Below, piece by piece: positions 1-9,771 of a DNA stretch of 33,297 nt. The translations under genes were made by a program, and so were the position numbers. Origin of the DNA: a virus (lineage: Duplodnaviria > Caudoviricetes); IMG/VR virus record IMGVR_UViG_3300032329_000042, positions 1 through 33,297 of that record; one strand, given 5' to 3'. Position 1 is the stretch's first letter. Each line of letters starts with the position of its first letter. The notes beneath the pieces were generated by a model. That model was not told where the DNA came from and did no database searches. It saw nothing but the letters and a program-made list of their open reading frames with translations.

Positions 1-2
1 AA

Positions 3-125
3 GCCGAAATGGATGAAAAAAATGGCTGGGTTCGATATAATCCAGACACGCCTTCTGAACCTGAAGCGGCTCCCGTAAACGTGCTGGAAGTTAAACGCCG
101 TAGAAAAACCACTGCTGAGGTTTAA
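3..125 (+). CDS. 3' end of a small hypothetical protein (5'-truncated by the window)
   Basis: Open frame AEMDEKNGWVRYNPDTPSEPEAAPVNVLEVKRRRKTTAEV* ends 2 nt before the ATG at 128. Confidence 0.6.
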   Translation, partial: AEMDEKNGWVRYNPDTPSEPEAAPVNVLEVKRRRKTTAEV

Positions 126-127
126 AC

Positions 128-841
128 ATGACAACGTACACCGCTGGCCAACAAATTGAACGCGCTCTTAGGCTTCTCGGTGTGCTTGCTGAAGGTGAGA
201 CGCCTTCTGCGGCTACGTCTCAAGACGCCTTGATGGCGCTCAATCAAATGATTGATTCGTGGAATACTGAGCGTCTTTCTACATTTGTTACCCAAGATCA
301 AGTTTACTCATGGCCTGCTGGCGAAATTAGCCGCACACTTGGCCCAACTGGTGACTTTGTAGGTAACCGCCCAATTCTGATGGACGATGCAACGTATTAC
401 AAAGCGCCTAATGGCGTGTCGTATGGCATTAAGTTTATCAACCAACAACAATACGACGGCATCGCCGTTAAAAATGTCACATCCACATACCCGCAAGTTT
501 GCTGGGTTAACATGGGCTTTCCTGACATTACGCTGACTGTTTACCCCAAACCTACTCAGGTTTTGGAATGGCATATGATTTCGGTGGAAGAACTTGATCG
601 CCCTGCTGACTTGTCCACAGTCATGTATTACCCACCAGGCTATCTGCGTGCGTTTACATACAACTTGGCCATGGAGTTCGCCCCTGAGTTTGGCGTTGAA
701 CCAAGCCCACAAGTGCAGCGCATCGCAATGACTTCTAAGCGCGACTTGAAGCGCATCAACAACCCTGATGATGTGATGGCACTGCCTTACGCATTGGTGG
801 CCAACCGCCAGCGTTTCAACATCTATGCCGGTAACTACTAA
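128..841 (+). CDS. Head-tail adaptor / packaged-DNA stabilization protein (P22 gp4-like)
   Basis: N-terminus TAGQQIERALRLLGV...DALMALNQMIDSW resembles P22 gp4 (T.GDLVRAALRKLGV...DAVDDLEAMMAEW); lies directly before a gp10-like gene. Confidence 0.8.
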   Translation: MTTYTAGQQIERALRLLGVLAEGETPSAATSQDALMALNQMIDSWNTERLSTFVTQDQVYSWPAGEISRTLGPTGDFVGNRPILMDDATYYKAPNGVSYGIKFINQQQYDGIAVKNVTSTYPQVCWVNMGFPDITLTVYPKPTQVLEWHMISVEELDRPADLSTVMYYPPGYLRAFTYNLAMEFAPEFGVEPSPQVQRIAMTSKRDLKRINNPDDVMALPYALVANRQRFNIYAGNY

Positions 842-2280
842 TGAAGACGCCGATTCTTGGCTCTACTTATGTCACCCGAAGCGTCAATGCAGCAGACGCT
901 CGGATGGTCAATCTGTTTCCAGAGATTGTTCCCGAGGCCGGTAAAGAGCCTGCGTTTTTAAACCGCGCACCTGGCCTTAAATTGCTCAACACTGTTGGCC
1001 TTGGCCCGATTCGTGGCCTGTGGGCGTTCTCGTCCGATGACGGCGTTGGCTTTGTTGTTTCTGGCACGCAGCTGTACAAGATCAACAATGCCTACGCAGC
1101 CACGTTAATCGGCTCTGTAAGCGGCACTGGCCCAGTGAGCATGTCTGACAACGGCACGCAATTGTTTATCGCTTGCAATGGCCCCAGTTACATCTACAAC
1201 AACACGACTGGCGGTTTCGGCCAGATCACTGACCCTGACTTCCCAGGCGCGGTGACTGTCTGCTATCTGGACGGTTATTTTGTGTTCAATGAGCCAAACA
1301 GCCAAAAAATGTGGATTACCGCGTTGCTTGATGGCACATCTATTGATCCACTTGAGTTTGCCAGCACTGAAGGCTCGCCTGACGGTTTGATCGCCGTAGC
1401 GTCCAACTTCCGCGAAGTATGGGCGTTTGGCACAAACTCGATTGAAGTTTGGTACGACTCTGGCGCAACAGACTTCCCTTTGCAACGTATTCAAGGCGCG
1501 TTTAACGAGCTTGGTTTGGCCGCGCCTTACTCTGTTGCCAAGATGGACAACGGCCTGTTCTGGCTTGGCCGCGACCGCCGTGGTCAAGGTATTGTCTACC
1601 GCGCTAATGGCTATACGGGCATTCGCATTTCCACCCACGCTGTTGAGTGGCAGATCCAGCAGTACACTGACATGTCGGACGCGATTGGCTACACCTATCA
1701 ACAAGACGGCCACAGCTTTTATGTACTGGTTTTTCCTACTGCCAATACGACTTGGGTATACGACGCCGCAACGCAGGCATGGCATGAGCGTGCAGGCTTT
1801 GTCGATGGCGCGTTTACTCGTCATCGTGGCAACTGCCAGATGGCGTTTAACAACAAAATTCTGATTGGCGACTTTGAGAATGGCAACGTCTACGCTTTTG
1901 ATCTGGACGACTTTAGCGACAACGGCAGCATCCAAAAATGGTTGCGCTCATGGCGTGCTTTGCCAACTGGCCAAAACAATTTGCACCGCACAGCTCAGCA
2001 CATGATGCAGCTCGATTGCGAGTCTGGCGTTGGTATCAACTTAGGCCAAGGCGACGATCCTCAAGTTATGTTGCGCTTTTCAGATGACGGTGGCCACACA
2101 TGGTCAAACGAGCATTGGGCGTCTATGGGCAAAATCGGCCAGTATTACAAACGTGTAATCTGGCGGCGTCTGGGCATGACCACCAAGTTGCGTGACCGTG
2201 TTTATGAAATATCTGGCACTGACCCTGTGAAAATTGCCATCATGGGCGCAGAACTTATTCTGAGTCCAACAAATGCCTAG
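841..2280 (+). CDS. Tail hub / DNA stabilization protein (P22 gp10-like)
   Basis: 479 aa, beta-rich; motifs VCYLDGYFVF, FASTEGSPDGL, WAFGTNSIEVW, FSDDGGHTWSNE, VIWRRLG typical of the gp10 family; TAATG coupling to the previous gene. Confidence 0.88.
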   Translation: MKTPILGSTYVTRSVNAADARMVNLFPEIVPEAGKEPAFLNRAPGLKLLNTVGLGPIRGLWAFSSDDGVGFVVSGTQLYKINNAYAATLIGSVSGTGPVSMSDNGTQLFIACNGPSYIYNNTTGGFGQITDPDFPGAVTVCYLDGYFVFNEPNSQKMWITALLDGTSIDPLEFASTEGSPDGLIAVASNFREVWAFGTNSIEVWYDSGATDFPLQRIQGAFNELGLAAPYSVAKMDNGLFWLGRDRRGQGIVYRANGYTGIRISTHAVEWQIQQYTDMSDAIGYTYQQDGHSFYVLVFPTANTTWVYDAATQAWHERAGFVDGAFTRHRGNCQMAFNNKILIGDFENGNVYAFDLDDFSDNGSIQKWLRSWRALPTGQNNLHRTAQHMMQLDCESGVGINLGQGDDPQVMLRFSDDGGHTWSNEHWASMGKIGQYYKRVIWRRLGMTTKLRDRVYEISGTDPVKIAIMGAELILSPTNA

Positions 2281-3526
2281 CCCTAACGCTACGCCAACGC
2301 CAGTCACGCCACCCCGAGTGCCGCTGATTGACCCGCGCACGGGCTTGATTGACCGCGCTTGGTATTTGTTTTTTGTGTCGTTGATGAATGCGGCCACGGT
2401 TGTCTATGACGATCAAGCGCTTGCCCCAAGCCCAGAATCCTTAATCGCGTCTTACGATGCGGCGTTGCAAGCCTTGGCGCAAGAAGTTGAAACCCAGCCG
2501 CCGCCAGTTGATCTAAGCGCTGAGTTAATTAAACAGATTGAAGCAGCAGGACTTGTTGATTGTTGTTCTGGATTGTTGTCTCAAGTTGCTGAGTTACAAA
2601 AGCAAATTGAAGCGCTTAATTTGTTGCCTCCACCATCACAAGGCACAGTAACTGCTGTGACGGCCACAGCGCCAGTGGTGTCATCTGGCGGCACTGCGCC
2701 CGACATTAGTATGCCTGCGGCCACCACATCAGTAAGCGGTTACCTGACGTCAACTGACTGGAACACATTTAATAGCAAAGCGCCAGCAACTAGCGGCACG
2801 TCTATTCTGTACGGCAACGGCTCTGGCGGTTTTAGCAATGTCACGATTGGCTCTGGCGTCAGCTTTGCAGGCGGCACACTGTCAGCGACTGGCTCAGGCG
2901 GTACTGTTACGTCAGTGACTGGCACCGCGCCTATCGCGTCCTCGGGCGGCACAACACCCGCAATTAGCATTTCTCAGGCTAGTACTTCTACTAATGGTTA
3001 TTTGTCCAGTACTGATTGGAATACGTTTAACAACAAAGGTTCTGGCACAGTCACTAGCACTTCTGTTGTGTCGGCCAATGGCTTTGCAGGCACTGTGGCC
3101 ACGGCCACCACCACACCAGCAATTACACTGACCACCACGATTACGGGGTTGCTTAAAGGCAATAGCACGGCAATTTCTGCCGCCACAGCCAATACAGACT
3201 ACATGGGCGTTGCCGCACCAGTCACCAAAACTGCTGATTTTACTGTTGCCAACGGTGAGATTTGGTACATCAACAACAAGTCAGGCTCGACTTGCACCGT
3301 GACTTTGCCTGCGGCGGCGTCATGGACTGGCCGCACTTTGACTTTTAAAAACATGCAGGCTCAGACTTTGGTGTCTGCATCTAGCAATGTTGTGCCAATT
3401 GACAGCACCAGTGCTGGCACAGCAATCCTCTTGGCAGTTGTAGGAAATTGGGCGACAATGGTGTCTGACGGCACAAATTGGGTCATCATGCAACAAGCCG
3501 CTAATAACTGCCTCTTATTGGAGTAA
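2273..3526 (+). CDS. Tail-associated virion protein at the needle (gp26) position, coiled coil plus S/T/G-rich repeats
   Basis: N-terminal PLIDPRTG.IDRAWYLFF, heptad segment LLSQVAELQKQIEAL, duplicated GTVT...GYL.STDWNTFN.K units, C-terminal beta domain; position after gp10-like. Confidence 0.6.
   Translation: MPSPNATPTPVTPPRVPLIDPRTGLIDRAWYLFFVSLMNAATVVYDDQALAPSPESLIASYDAALQALAQEVETQPPPVDLSAELIKQIEAAGLVDCCSGLLSQVAELQKQIEALNLLPPPSQGTVTAVTATAPVVSSGGTAPDISMPAATTSVSGYLTSTDWNTFNSKAPATSGTSILYGNGSGGFSNVTIGSGVSFAGGTLSATGSGGTVTSVTGTAPIASSGGTTPAISISQASTSTNGYLSSTDWNTFNNKGSGTVTSTSVVSANGFAGTVATATTTPAITLTTTITGLLKGNSTAISAATANTDYMGVAAPVTKTADFTVANGEIWYINNKSGSTCTVTLPAAASWTGRTLTFKNMQAQTLVSASSNVVPIDSTSAGTAILLAVVGNWATMVSDGTNWVIMQQAANNCLLLE
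2642..3037 (+). repeat. Intragenic duplication of a 46-aa unit (about 2642-2779 and 2900-3037)
   Basis: GTVTAVTATAPVVSSGGTAPDISMPAATTSVSGYLTSTDWNTFNSK vs GTVTSVTGTAPIASSGGTTPAISISQASTSTNGYLSSTDWNTFNNK; a third degenerate GTVTS unit follows. Confidence 0.85.
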
Positions 3527-3529
3527 ACC

Positions 3530-3865
3530 ATGACAGTCACCGTCAAAGTCCTCGTACCGGCAAAATATGCCGAGAACGCCCAAACAACCCAGTACACAGC
3601 GACTGGCGTTACGGCCATCATCGACAAGTTCACCGCGACCAACATCAGCGGCTCTGCCGCCACGATCAGCGTGAACTTGGTCACCGTGACTGGCTCGGCC
3701 GGCAACACCAACTTGATTACCAAAACCAAGACCTTGCAAGCGTCTGAGGTCTATACGTTCCCTGAATTGGTAGGCCAAGTTCTTGGCGCCGGTGACTTTA
3801 TCAGTACAATCGCAGGCACAGCCAGCGCAATCAACATTCGCGTTTCTGGACGTGAGGTGACCTGA
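3530..3865 (+). CDS. Small beta-rich putative virion protein
   Basis: 111 aa, T/A/V-rich, GGAG SD upstream, inside the tail operon. Confidence 0.7.
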   Translation: MTVTVKVLVPAKYAENAQTTQYTATGVTAIIDKFTATNISGSAATISVNLVTVTGSAGNTNLITKTKTLQASEVYTFPELVGQVLGAGDFISTIAGTASAINIRVSGREVT

Positions 3866-4224
3866 TGACAACTCAATTGGTAGACGATCGTGAGACAGCG
3901 CTTCGCGTTGGTTACGAAGCTACTGATTGGAGCGCGCCAATATCGTTTGAGGACTATCGCACATCGGTAAAAGATTGGATAATCAAGGCCATCAAACGTG
4001 ACGATAAAGTTATTGGCGCGGTGTATTGCAAAGATGATGAGTTACATGTTTCCATTCTTCCTGAATGGCGTCGCATTTGGGTTACAAAAGGTTTGCTACG
4101 ACAACTTTTTAGCGGATCAAAAGTAACTACAAAAGTTACGCAAGGACATGATTACATGTACGATATATTGAAACGGCTTGGGTTTAAAGAAACTGACGGC
4201 GGTATGCTAGTCAAGGAGAATTGA
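3865..4224 (+). CDS. Hypothetical protein, possible GNAT-like fold (P22 gp14 position)
   Basis: ELHVSILPEWRRIW and ILKRLGFKE resemble GNAT motifs A/B; sits immediately before the ejection proteins, like P22 gene 14. Confidence 0.55.
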   Translation: MTTQLVDDRETALRVGYEATDWSAPISFEDYRTSVKDWIIKAIKRDDKVIGAVYCKDDELHVSILPEWRRIWVTKGLLRQLFSGSKVTTKVTQGHDYMYDILKRLGFKETDGGMLVKEN

Positions 4225-4225
4225 A

Positions 4226-5002
4226 ATGGGTATTGAAACAGCAATTTTAGGCAGCGCCGTATTAGGCGCTTTTGGCGCTAATAAAGCTGCCAAAACGCAA
4301 TCTCAAGCAGCTACTCAAGCCGCAGATGTGCAAAAGCAAGTTGCTGATGAACAAACCGCATTACAGCGTGAGATGTTTCAAGCGCAACAGCAACAGCAAG
4401 CGCCTTACCGCGAAGCTGGTGTTAATGCGCTTAATAAATTGCAAGGTTTGGCCGATTACAAAATGTTTGGCCCTGAACAATTTAGCGCAGACCCAGGCTA
4501 TGGATTCCGTTTGGCTGAAGGTCAAAAAACTTTAGACCGCAGTGCTGCAGCCCGTGGTGGTTTGATCTCTGGCAGCGCTTTGAAGGCCGCCACTCGTTAT
4601 GGCCAAGACATGGGTTCACAAGAATACCAAAACGCATTTAACCGTTATCAGATTGAACGTAATGCGCAACTTGCACCACTTCAATCATTGGCTGGTGTTG
4701 GCCAAACTGCAACCAATCAAATCGGTCAAGCCGGCCAAAACTATGCAACTAGTGTTGGTAACGCATTAGGTTCATACGGTTCAAACGTAGGCAATTTAAT
4801 TACTGGCGCTGGCGCGGCTAACGCTGCTGGCCAAGTTGGTATGACCAACGCAATTAATAGCGGTTTGGGTACTTATTTAAATTACACAAACAACAATGCT
4901 TTGCTTAATGCATTGCGTGGTGGTGGTAGCGGTTATGGTGGTTATACAGCACCACAAACTAGTTTTACTGGCGCAGACTATAGTCTTAGCGGCAAACTGT
5001 AA
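4226..5002 (+). CDS. DNA ejection/transfer protein (P22 gp7-like)
   Basis: Hydrophobic G/A N-terminus, QAPYREAGVNAL, DPGYGF, AAARGGLISGSALKA motifs; A/G/Q/N-rich. Confidence 0.78.
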   Translation: MGIETAILGSAVLGAFGANKAAKTQSQAATQAADVQKQVADEQTALQREMFQAQQQQQAPYREAGVNALNKLQGLADYKMFGPEQFSADPGYGFRLAEGQKTLDRSAAARGGLISGSALKAATRYGQDMGSQEYQNAFNRYQIERNAQLAPLQSLAGVGQTATNQIGQAGQNYATSVGNALGSYGSNVGNLITGAGAANAAGQVGMTNAINSGLGTYLNYTNNNALLNALRGGGSGYGGYTAPQTSFTGADYSLSGKL

Positions 5003-5011
5003 GGAACAAAA

Positions 5012-6466
5012 ATGGCGCTCGATCCAAACATTGCTCTTAACATTAGACCACTTGAAGTTCCAAATCAGTTGGCACAATATGGCCAACTTGCGGCCATTCA
5101 AAACGCACAAAATCAAAACGCTTTGGCGCAGTATCAATTAAGTTCTGCACAACGCCAAGATTTGGCACAAAATGCTTTGTCTGAAGCATATAGAAAGTCA
5201 ATTAATCCTGAAACTAATGCTATTGATAGTCAAACATTAATAAAAAATTTAGCTGCTTCTGATGCTGCACATTTAATTCCTGATGTACAAACAAAATTGT
5301 TGGCTGCTGAAAAAGAACGAGGCTTGATTAAAAAGACCGGCGTTGAAACAGCTGAGAAAGAATTAAAACTAAAAAATGATCAGCTTAATTTTGCTTGGAA
5401 TGCAGTTGGTTCTGCATTAACACCGCAAGCGGCTATCGACAAAATAACTGAAGGTGTTAAAAACGGTCATTTTGATTTAAAAACTGCATCAACAGACATT
5501 CAGCAACTTCAAAACATGACGCCTGAACAGTATCAACAATACAGAGTTCAGAAAGTTATGGGCATTTTGGATGCCAAAGACAAACTTGGTTTTATGTTGC
5601 CTAAAGTTTCTCGCCAAGATATTGGTGGAAATGTTGTCAGCATTCAAGACAACCCTGCATTGCCAGGCTACGGACTGCCAGTCGCTGGTATGAACATCGC
5701 TAAAACTGCAACAATTGCAGATAAATTAGCGCGTGAGAAATTTAATTGGGAACAATCTAACCCTGGCTTTGAACTTAAAGAAGGCGACAATGGCGCTTAT
5801 TATGGTGTCAACAAACGCACCCTTCAAGCGTTCCCTGTCAACATGGGCGGCACACCTCCTATGGCTGCCGCAGCTCAAAACGGTATGCCTGGGCCAAGAG
5901 TTGCAGCGCCAGTGCAAGCTATTCCTGGCATGACTAGCGTGTTAGATCAACAGACCGCTGCGCAAACTGCGCCTGCGGCTGGTACTCCATTTATCGGCAA
6001 AGGCACTGCATTGACCGAAAGCCAAGGAAATGCTGCGGCTTATGGCATGAGAATGAAAGAAGCTGATGCTATTTTGGAGCAAATGGCCAAAAAAGGAACT
6101 CTTAGAGGCGCCAACATTGAAGCCGTTCCATTTGTGGGCGAAGGATTGGGCAAAATATTGCCTAGCGTTCTTGGTGGAACTAGTGAGTCACAACAACAAG
6201 TTAACCAAGCAAAGGCAAACTTTGTTACTGCCGTGCTTCGCAAAGAGTCTGGCGCTTCTATTTCAGATTCTGAATTCCAAAGAGAAGATAAAAAATATTT
6301 TCCTCAAGTTGGTGATGACGCAAAAACCATCAAACAAAAAGCTGATGCCAGAAAATTGGCAATTAAAGCTATGGAAATTCAAGCCGGCCCAGGCGCTAAA
6401 AACATTCAGCAATATCAGCCAAGCGTTGGTGGTGGTGTAGATACATCAAACCCTTTGTTGAGATAA
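5012..6466 (+). CDS. DNA ejection protein (gp20 position)
   Basis: 484 aa, Q/A-rich, helical; C-terminal AVLRKESGASISDSEF..EDKKYFPQVGD; second of three large genes after gp7-like. Confidence 0.6.
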   Translation: MALDPNIALNIRPLEVPNQLAQYGQLAAIQNAQNQNALAQYQLSSAQRQDLAQNALSEAYRKSINPETNAIDSQTLIKNLAASDAAHLIPDVQTKLLAAEKERGLIKKTGVETAEKELKLKNDQLNFAWNAVGSALTPQAAIDKITEGVKNGHFDLKTASTDIQQLQNMTPEQYQQYRVQKVMGILDAKDKLGFMLPKVSRQDIGGNVVSIQDNPALPGYGLPVAGMNIAKTATIADKLAREKFNWEQSNPGFELKEGDNGAYYGVNKRTLQAFPVNMGGTPPMAAAAQNGMPGPRVAAPVQAIPGMTSVLDQQTAAQTAPAAGTPFIGKGTALTESQGNAAAYGMRMKEADAILEQMAKKGTLRGANIEAVPFVGEGLGKILPSVLGGTSESQQQVNQAKANFVTAVLRKESGASISDSEFQREDKKYFPQVGDDAKTIKQKADARKLAIKAMEIQAGPGAKNIQQYQPSVGGGVDTSNPLLR

Positions 6467-6476
6467 AAGGACAAAC

Positions 6477-8369
6477 ATGGCCGATTTATCCTCGATCTTG
6501 AATGATCCGAATTATGTCAATGCTAATGCTGAGACTAAAGCGGCCATTTTTGATAAATTTTCTGCACAAGACAAAAACTTTACTGGCGCCAATTCAGAAA
6601 CTCAACAAGCCATTCGCGTTAAATTTGGTTTAGTGCCGCCTGCTGCACCAGAAATGTCTATGCGTGAGCGCATTATGGGCGCAATTGAAACGCCATTGGC
6701 GCTTGGCGCTACATTGGGAGGCGCTGCAATTGCACCACTTGTTGGTGTTGTTGGAACTTTGGCCAGTGGCAAATATGGCACGCAAGAAGGCATTCGTGCT
6801 GGCGAAGAAGCCATGAAGGCTGTGCAATATCAACCACGCACACAAATGGCTAGAGAAGCCTTGGGCGCTGTTGGTGAGTTCTTGCAACCAGTTACAAGTG
6901 CTTTGCCCCCAACCCTTGGCTCTGTTGGCACAACTCTTAATGCTTTGGCGCCTGCTGCCATGATGCAAGCCAATGCAATGGCTCGTCCTGCTATTGTTCA
7001 AGCAACTGCACCAGTTCGTAATGCTTTGGCCAATGTAATGACACGCGAACAACAACCAGCTATGGCCGGTATGGGCGCGGCTAACACTGCTGAAGATTTA
7101 ATGCGTCAACAACGACTGGAGCAATTTGGCATTCGTGCAACAGCTGGTGAACGTGAAAAGAATTTGGCAAAACAACAGTTTGAGTCAGATGTTCAGCGTG
7201 GTGCTTTGCCTGGCGTTTCTGAAGAAGCCAAAGCCGAATTAGGCAGACAATACGGCGCATTTAAAACTGGTCAAAAGCAAGACATTCTCAACCAGTTTGA
7301 ACGCATGACTGAAGAAGTTGGCGGAACAATTGACCGCAGTACGCCTCGGGCAGTTGGCACTGTTGTTGATAAAGCCTTGGTAAAACAGTATCAAGACAAG
7401 GTTAAAAAAGTCGATGAGGCTTATCAGGCCGCTAGAGATTCTGGTGAAACAAAACAAATAGTTGACACGGCTCAATTAGAAAAATGGTTGGCAGACAACG
7501 CGCCAGAAGCCATTTCTGTGCCGCAAATTCAAACCATTGGCGCCAAATTAGATGCGCTTAAAAAGATAACTGGCAATCAAGTAACCATTGATGACTTGGA
7601 AAACATTTACAAGTCTGCTGGTAATTTGGCAGAAGGCAATCCGTCTGCGGCAAGGTTTATGGGTCAAGTCAAAGGTGTCATCAATGACATGACCGAAGGA
7701 GCTGGCGGTGATCTGTACCGCGCAGCCAGTACAGAGCGCAAGCAATTAGCCAAACAATTTGAAGACGTCAATCGAGTTGACCAGCTGTTAAGCACCAAGG
7801 CCGGCAAGACAGATCGCAAAGTGGCGCTTGATGATGTGTACAACCACATTGTGACTGATGGTTCATTGGAAGAAATGAGAACCGTCACATCGTTGCTTAA
7901 AAAGACACCAGAAGGTCAACAAGCCTACAAAGAATTGCAAGGTTATACCTTGCAAAAAATGAAAGACTTGTTGCTCAAACAAGGCGATGAAACAGACAAC
8001 ATCCGATTGAATAACTTTAACAACTTTGTTACTCAGCTTGATCGAGAAGACAAACTTGCTTATATGTTTGGCAAGACTGGTCGAGACACACTTCTTGATT
8101 TAAAGAAAACAATTGGTGATGTGATGGTCAAAGAGCCAGGCGCGGTTAACTATCCCAACACCGCTGGTGCTGTCTTGCGTGGTCTTGAAGCCTTGCAAAA
8201 ATTGCCGTTTAAGATTCCTGGCACTAAAACGGCTGCTGAGTTTGCGCGTGAAAGACAATACAAAAAACAACTTGCAGAATCTTTAAATCAACCAAATCAA
8301 TTGGCGCCAACACAAACCAATAAAAATGCGTTGATTCCAAAAATTGATTTAACAGGCATGGCCGAATAA
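6477..8369 (+). CDS. DNA ejection protein (gp16 position)
   Basis: 630 aa, helical, with a hydrophobic G/A-rich segment; last gene before the lysis cluster; AAGGA SD. Confidence 0.6.
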   Translation: MADLSSILNDPNYVNANAETKAAIFDKFSAQDKNFTGANSETQQAIRVKFGLVPPAAPEMSMRERIMGAIETPLALGATLGGAAIAPLVGVVGTLASGKYGTQEGIRAGEEAMKAVQYQPRTQMAREALGAVGEFLQPVTSALPPTLGSVGTTLNALAPAAMMQANAMARPAIVQATAPVRNALANVMTREQQPAMAGMGAANTAEDLMRQQRLEQFGIRATAGEREKNLAKQQFESDVQRGALPGVSEEAKAELGRQYGAFKTGQKQDILNQFERMTEEVGGTIDRSTPRAVGTVVDKALVKQYQDKVKKVDEAYQAARDSGETKQIVDTAQLEKWLADNAPEAISVPQIQTIGAKLDALKKITGNQVTIDDLENIYKSAGNLAEGNPSAARFMGQVKGVINDMTEGAGGDLYRAASTERKQLAKQFEDVNRVDQLLSTKAGKTDRKVALDDVYNHIVTDGSLEEMRTVTSLLKKTPEGQQAYKELQGYTLQKMKDLLLKQGDETDNIRLNNFNNFVTQLDREDKLAYMFGKTGRDTLLDLKKTIGDVMVKEPGAVNYPNTAGAVLRGLEALQKLPFKIPGTKTAAEFARERQYKKQLAESLNQPNQLAPTQTNKNALIPKIDLTGMAE

Positions 8370-8590
8370 TGGACTATCAAGTTTTATTTAACATCGCCGT
8401 GGCCATTGCTGGCTTTTTCGGCGGCTGGACATTAAACCGCATCTACTTGGCCATTGACCGGCTTGATGGCGATGTGCGTAACATGCCACTGAATTACGTC
8501 ACCCGCGATGACTACCGTTCTGACATGCGAGACATCAAAGACATGCTCGGCAAAATCTTTGACAAACTTGACGGTAAGGTTGACAAATGA
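8369..8590 (+). CDS. Small membrane protein, putative holin/antiholin-like
   Basis: One N-terminal TM segment (VLFNIAVAIAGFFGGWTL) plus charged coiled-coil tail; first gene of the lysis cluster. Confidence 0.6.
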   Translation: MDYQVLFNIAVAIAGFFGGWTLNRIYLAIDRLDGDVRNMPLNYVTRDDYRSDMRDIKDMLGKIFDKLDGKVDK

Positions 8591-8875
8591 ATGCGCGTGC
8601 TGCTTTTTCTACTGCTGTTGCTACTGTCAAGGGCTACGGCCAAAGAAGCCTGCATCATCTCCGACTTCTATGGGCTAAGCTGGCTCGGAAACCCGAGTGA
8701 GCGCCACCAGCGTTTGTCTGAATGGCTGACCACCAACGGCAACGCTTGTAGTTCGGAACAACTGGTAGGTATTTGGAATAACTTGGCGCTGTGGGCAGGC
8801 GTTGCGGATAGTTCAGAATTAAGGAGCAAAGTTCTGTATTATTACGCCAAAGCAGTTGAAAGGGAGCGCAAGTGA
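8591..8875 (+). CDS. Hypothetical exported protein
   Basis: MRVLLFLLLLLLSRATA signal-peptide-like N-terminus with an A-x-A site; two Cys in the mature part. Confidence 0.65.
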   Translation: MRVLLFLLLLLLSRATAKEACIISDFYGLSWLGNPSERHQRLSEWLTTNGNACSSEQLVGIWNNLALWAGVADSSELRSKVLYYYAKAVERERK

Positions 8876-9111
8876 AAGTCAGCTTTGACAAATGGTATCC
8901 CGTAGTTCAACCGCAAGCTATGGTGCAACAAGAAGCGTTTATCAAAAAGGTGGAAAAGCGAAACGCAGAATACGCTTTGCAAGTGCAGATTGACCACACG
9001 GTGAAGAAGTTTCACCAGTATGAATATGAGATTTACGAGTATCGTATGCGTCAGATCACGCTGAACATCCAGATCAATAATTTCAAACGCGACATTGACC
9101 AATTGGTGTAG
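8872..9111 (+). CDS. Hypothetical protein
   Basis: 79 aa, GTG start overlapping the previous stop (GTGA), GGGAG SD. Confidence 0.6.
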   Translation: MKVSFDKWYPVVQPQAMVQQEAFIKKVEKRNAEYALQVQIDHTVKKFHQYEYEIYEYRMRQITLNIQINNFKRDIDQLV

Positions 9112-9119
9112 GAGTAAAC

Positions 9120-9356
9120 ATGAGTGATTTAAGAGAAAAACTTACATTTTCAGTTACTTTGATGGTCACTGCGACTCTGTGCCTAGTCATGCTGGGCATC
9201 ATCTTTGCCCTGCTCATGGGTTTGTACTCTGCTGATGTGGACAACGCTGAAATCTTTAAAGAGATTACGCCAGTCTTGCAGACCATCACTGGTGGTTTTA
9301 TTGGCCTCTTAGCGGGTATCAAGCTATCACAGTCATTTGACAAGTCTGAGGAATAA
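9120..9356 (+). CDS. Two-TM membrane protein
   Basis: Two hydrophobic segments (FSVTLMV...LMGLY; PVLQTITGGFIGLLAGI); AGGAG SD. Confidence 0.7.
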   Translation: MSDLREKLTFSVTLMVTATLCLVMLGIIFALLMGLYSADVDNAEIFKEITPVLQTITGGFIGLLAGIKLSQSFDKSEE

Positions 9357-9357
9357 C

Positions 9358-9771
9358 ATGAACTTGAGCGACTTAAACCCACTGGTAGCCATAGGCGGGA
9401 AGATTCTGGACAGAGTGTTGCCAGACCCTGCGGCGGCTGCTGCGGCAAAGGCAGAGTTATCCAAAATGGAGCAAGAGGGTGAGTTGGCAAAGATGGCTAA
9501 CGAAACCAAGCTCTACGAGACTGAGCAGAACAACCTCACACAGCGTGTTCAAGCAGACATGGCTAGTGACTCTTGGCTGTCCAAAAATATACGCCCTATG
9601 ACGCTTATATTCCTTTTGATTGCTTATTCTGGCTTTGCCATCGCGTCCATCTTTGAATACGAAACGCGCGGCGCATACGTAGAATTACTAGGTCAATGGG
9701 GCATGCTCGTAATGTCGTTTTATTTCGGTGGCCGCACCATGGAAAAAATTGCAGATAGGGTGAAAAAATGA
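9358..9771 (+). CDS. Holin (GTA 3TM-holin-like family)
   Basis: GGKILDRVLPDP...ADMASDSWLSKNIRPMTL...SFYFGGRTMEK pattern; start reassigned to ATG 9358 behind GAGG; ATGA-coupled to the endolysin. Confidence 0.8.
   Translation: MNLSDLNPLVAIGGKILDRVLPDPAAAAAAKAELSKMEQEGELAKMANETKLYETEQNNLTQRVQADMASDSWLSKNIRPMTLIFLLIAYSGFAIASIFEYETRGAYVELLGQWGMLVMSFYFGGRTMEKIADRVKK

Noticed and set aside
1105-1935. 276-aa antisense ORF (similarly 25273-25950, 24748-25257, 21466-21921)
   Set aside because: Shadow frames of well-supported genes, with no motifs or start signals.
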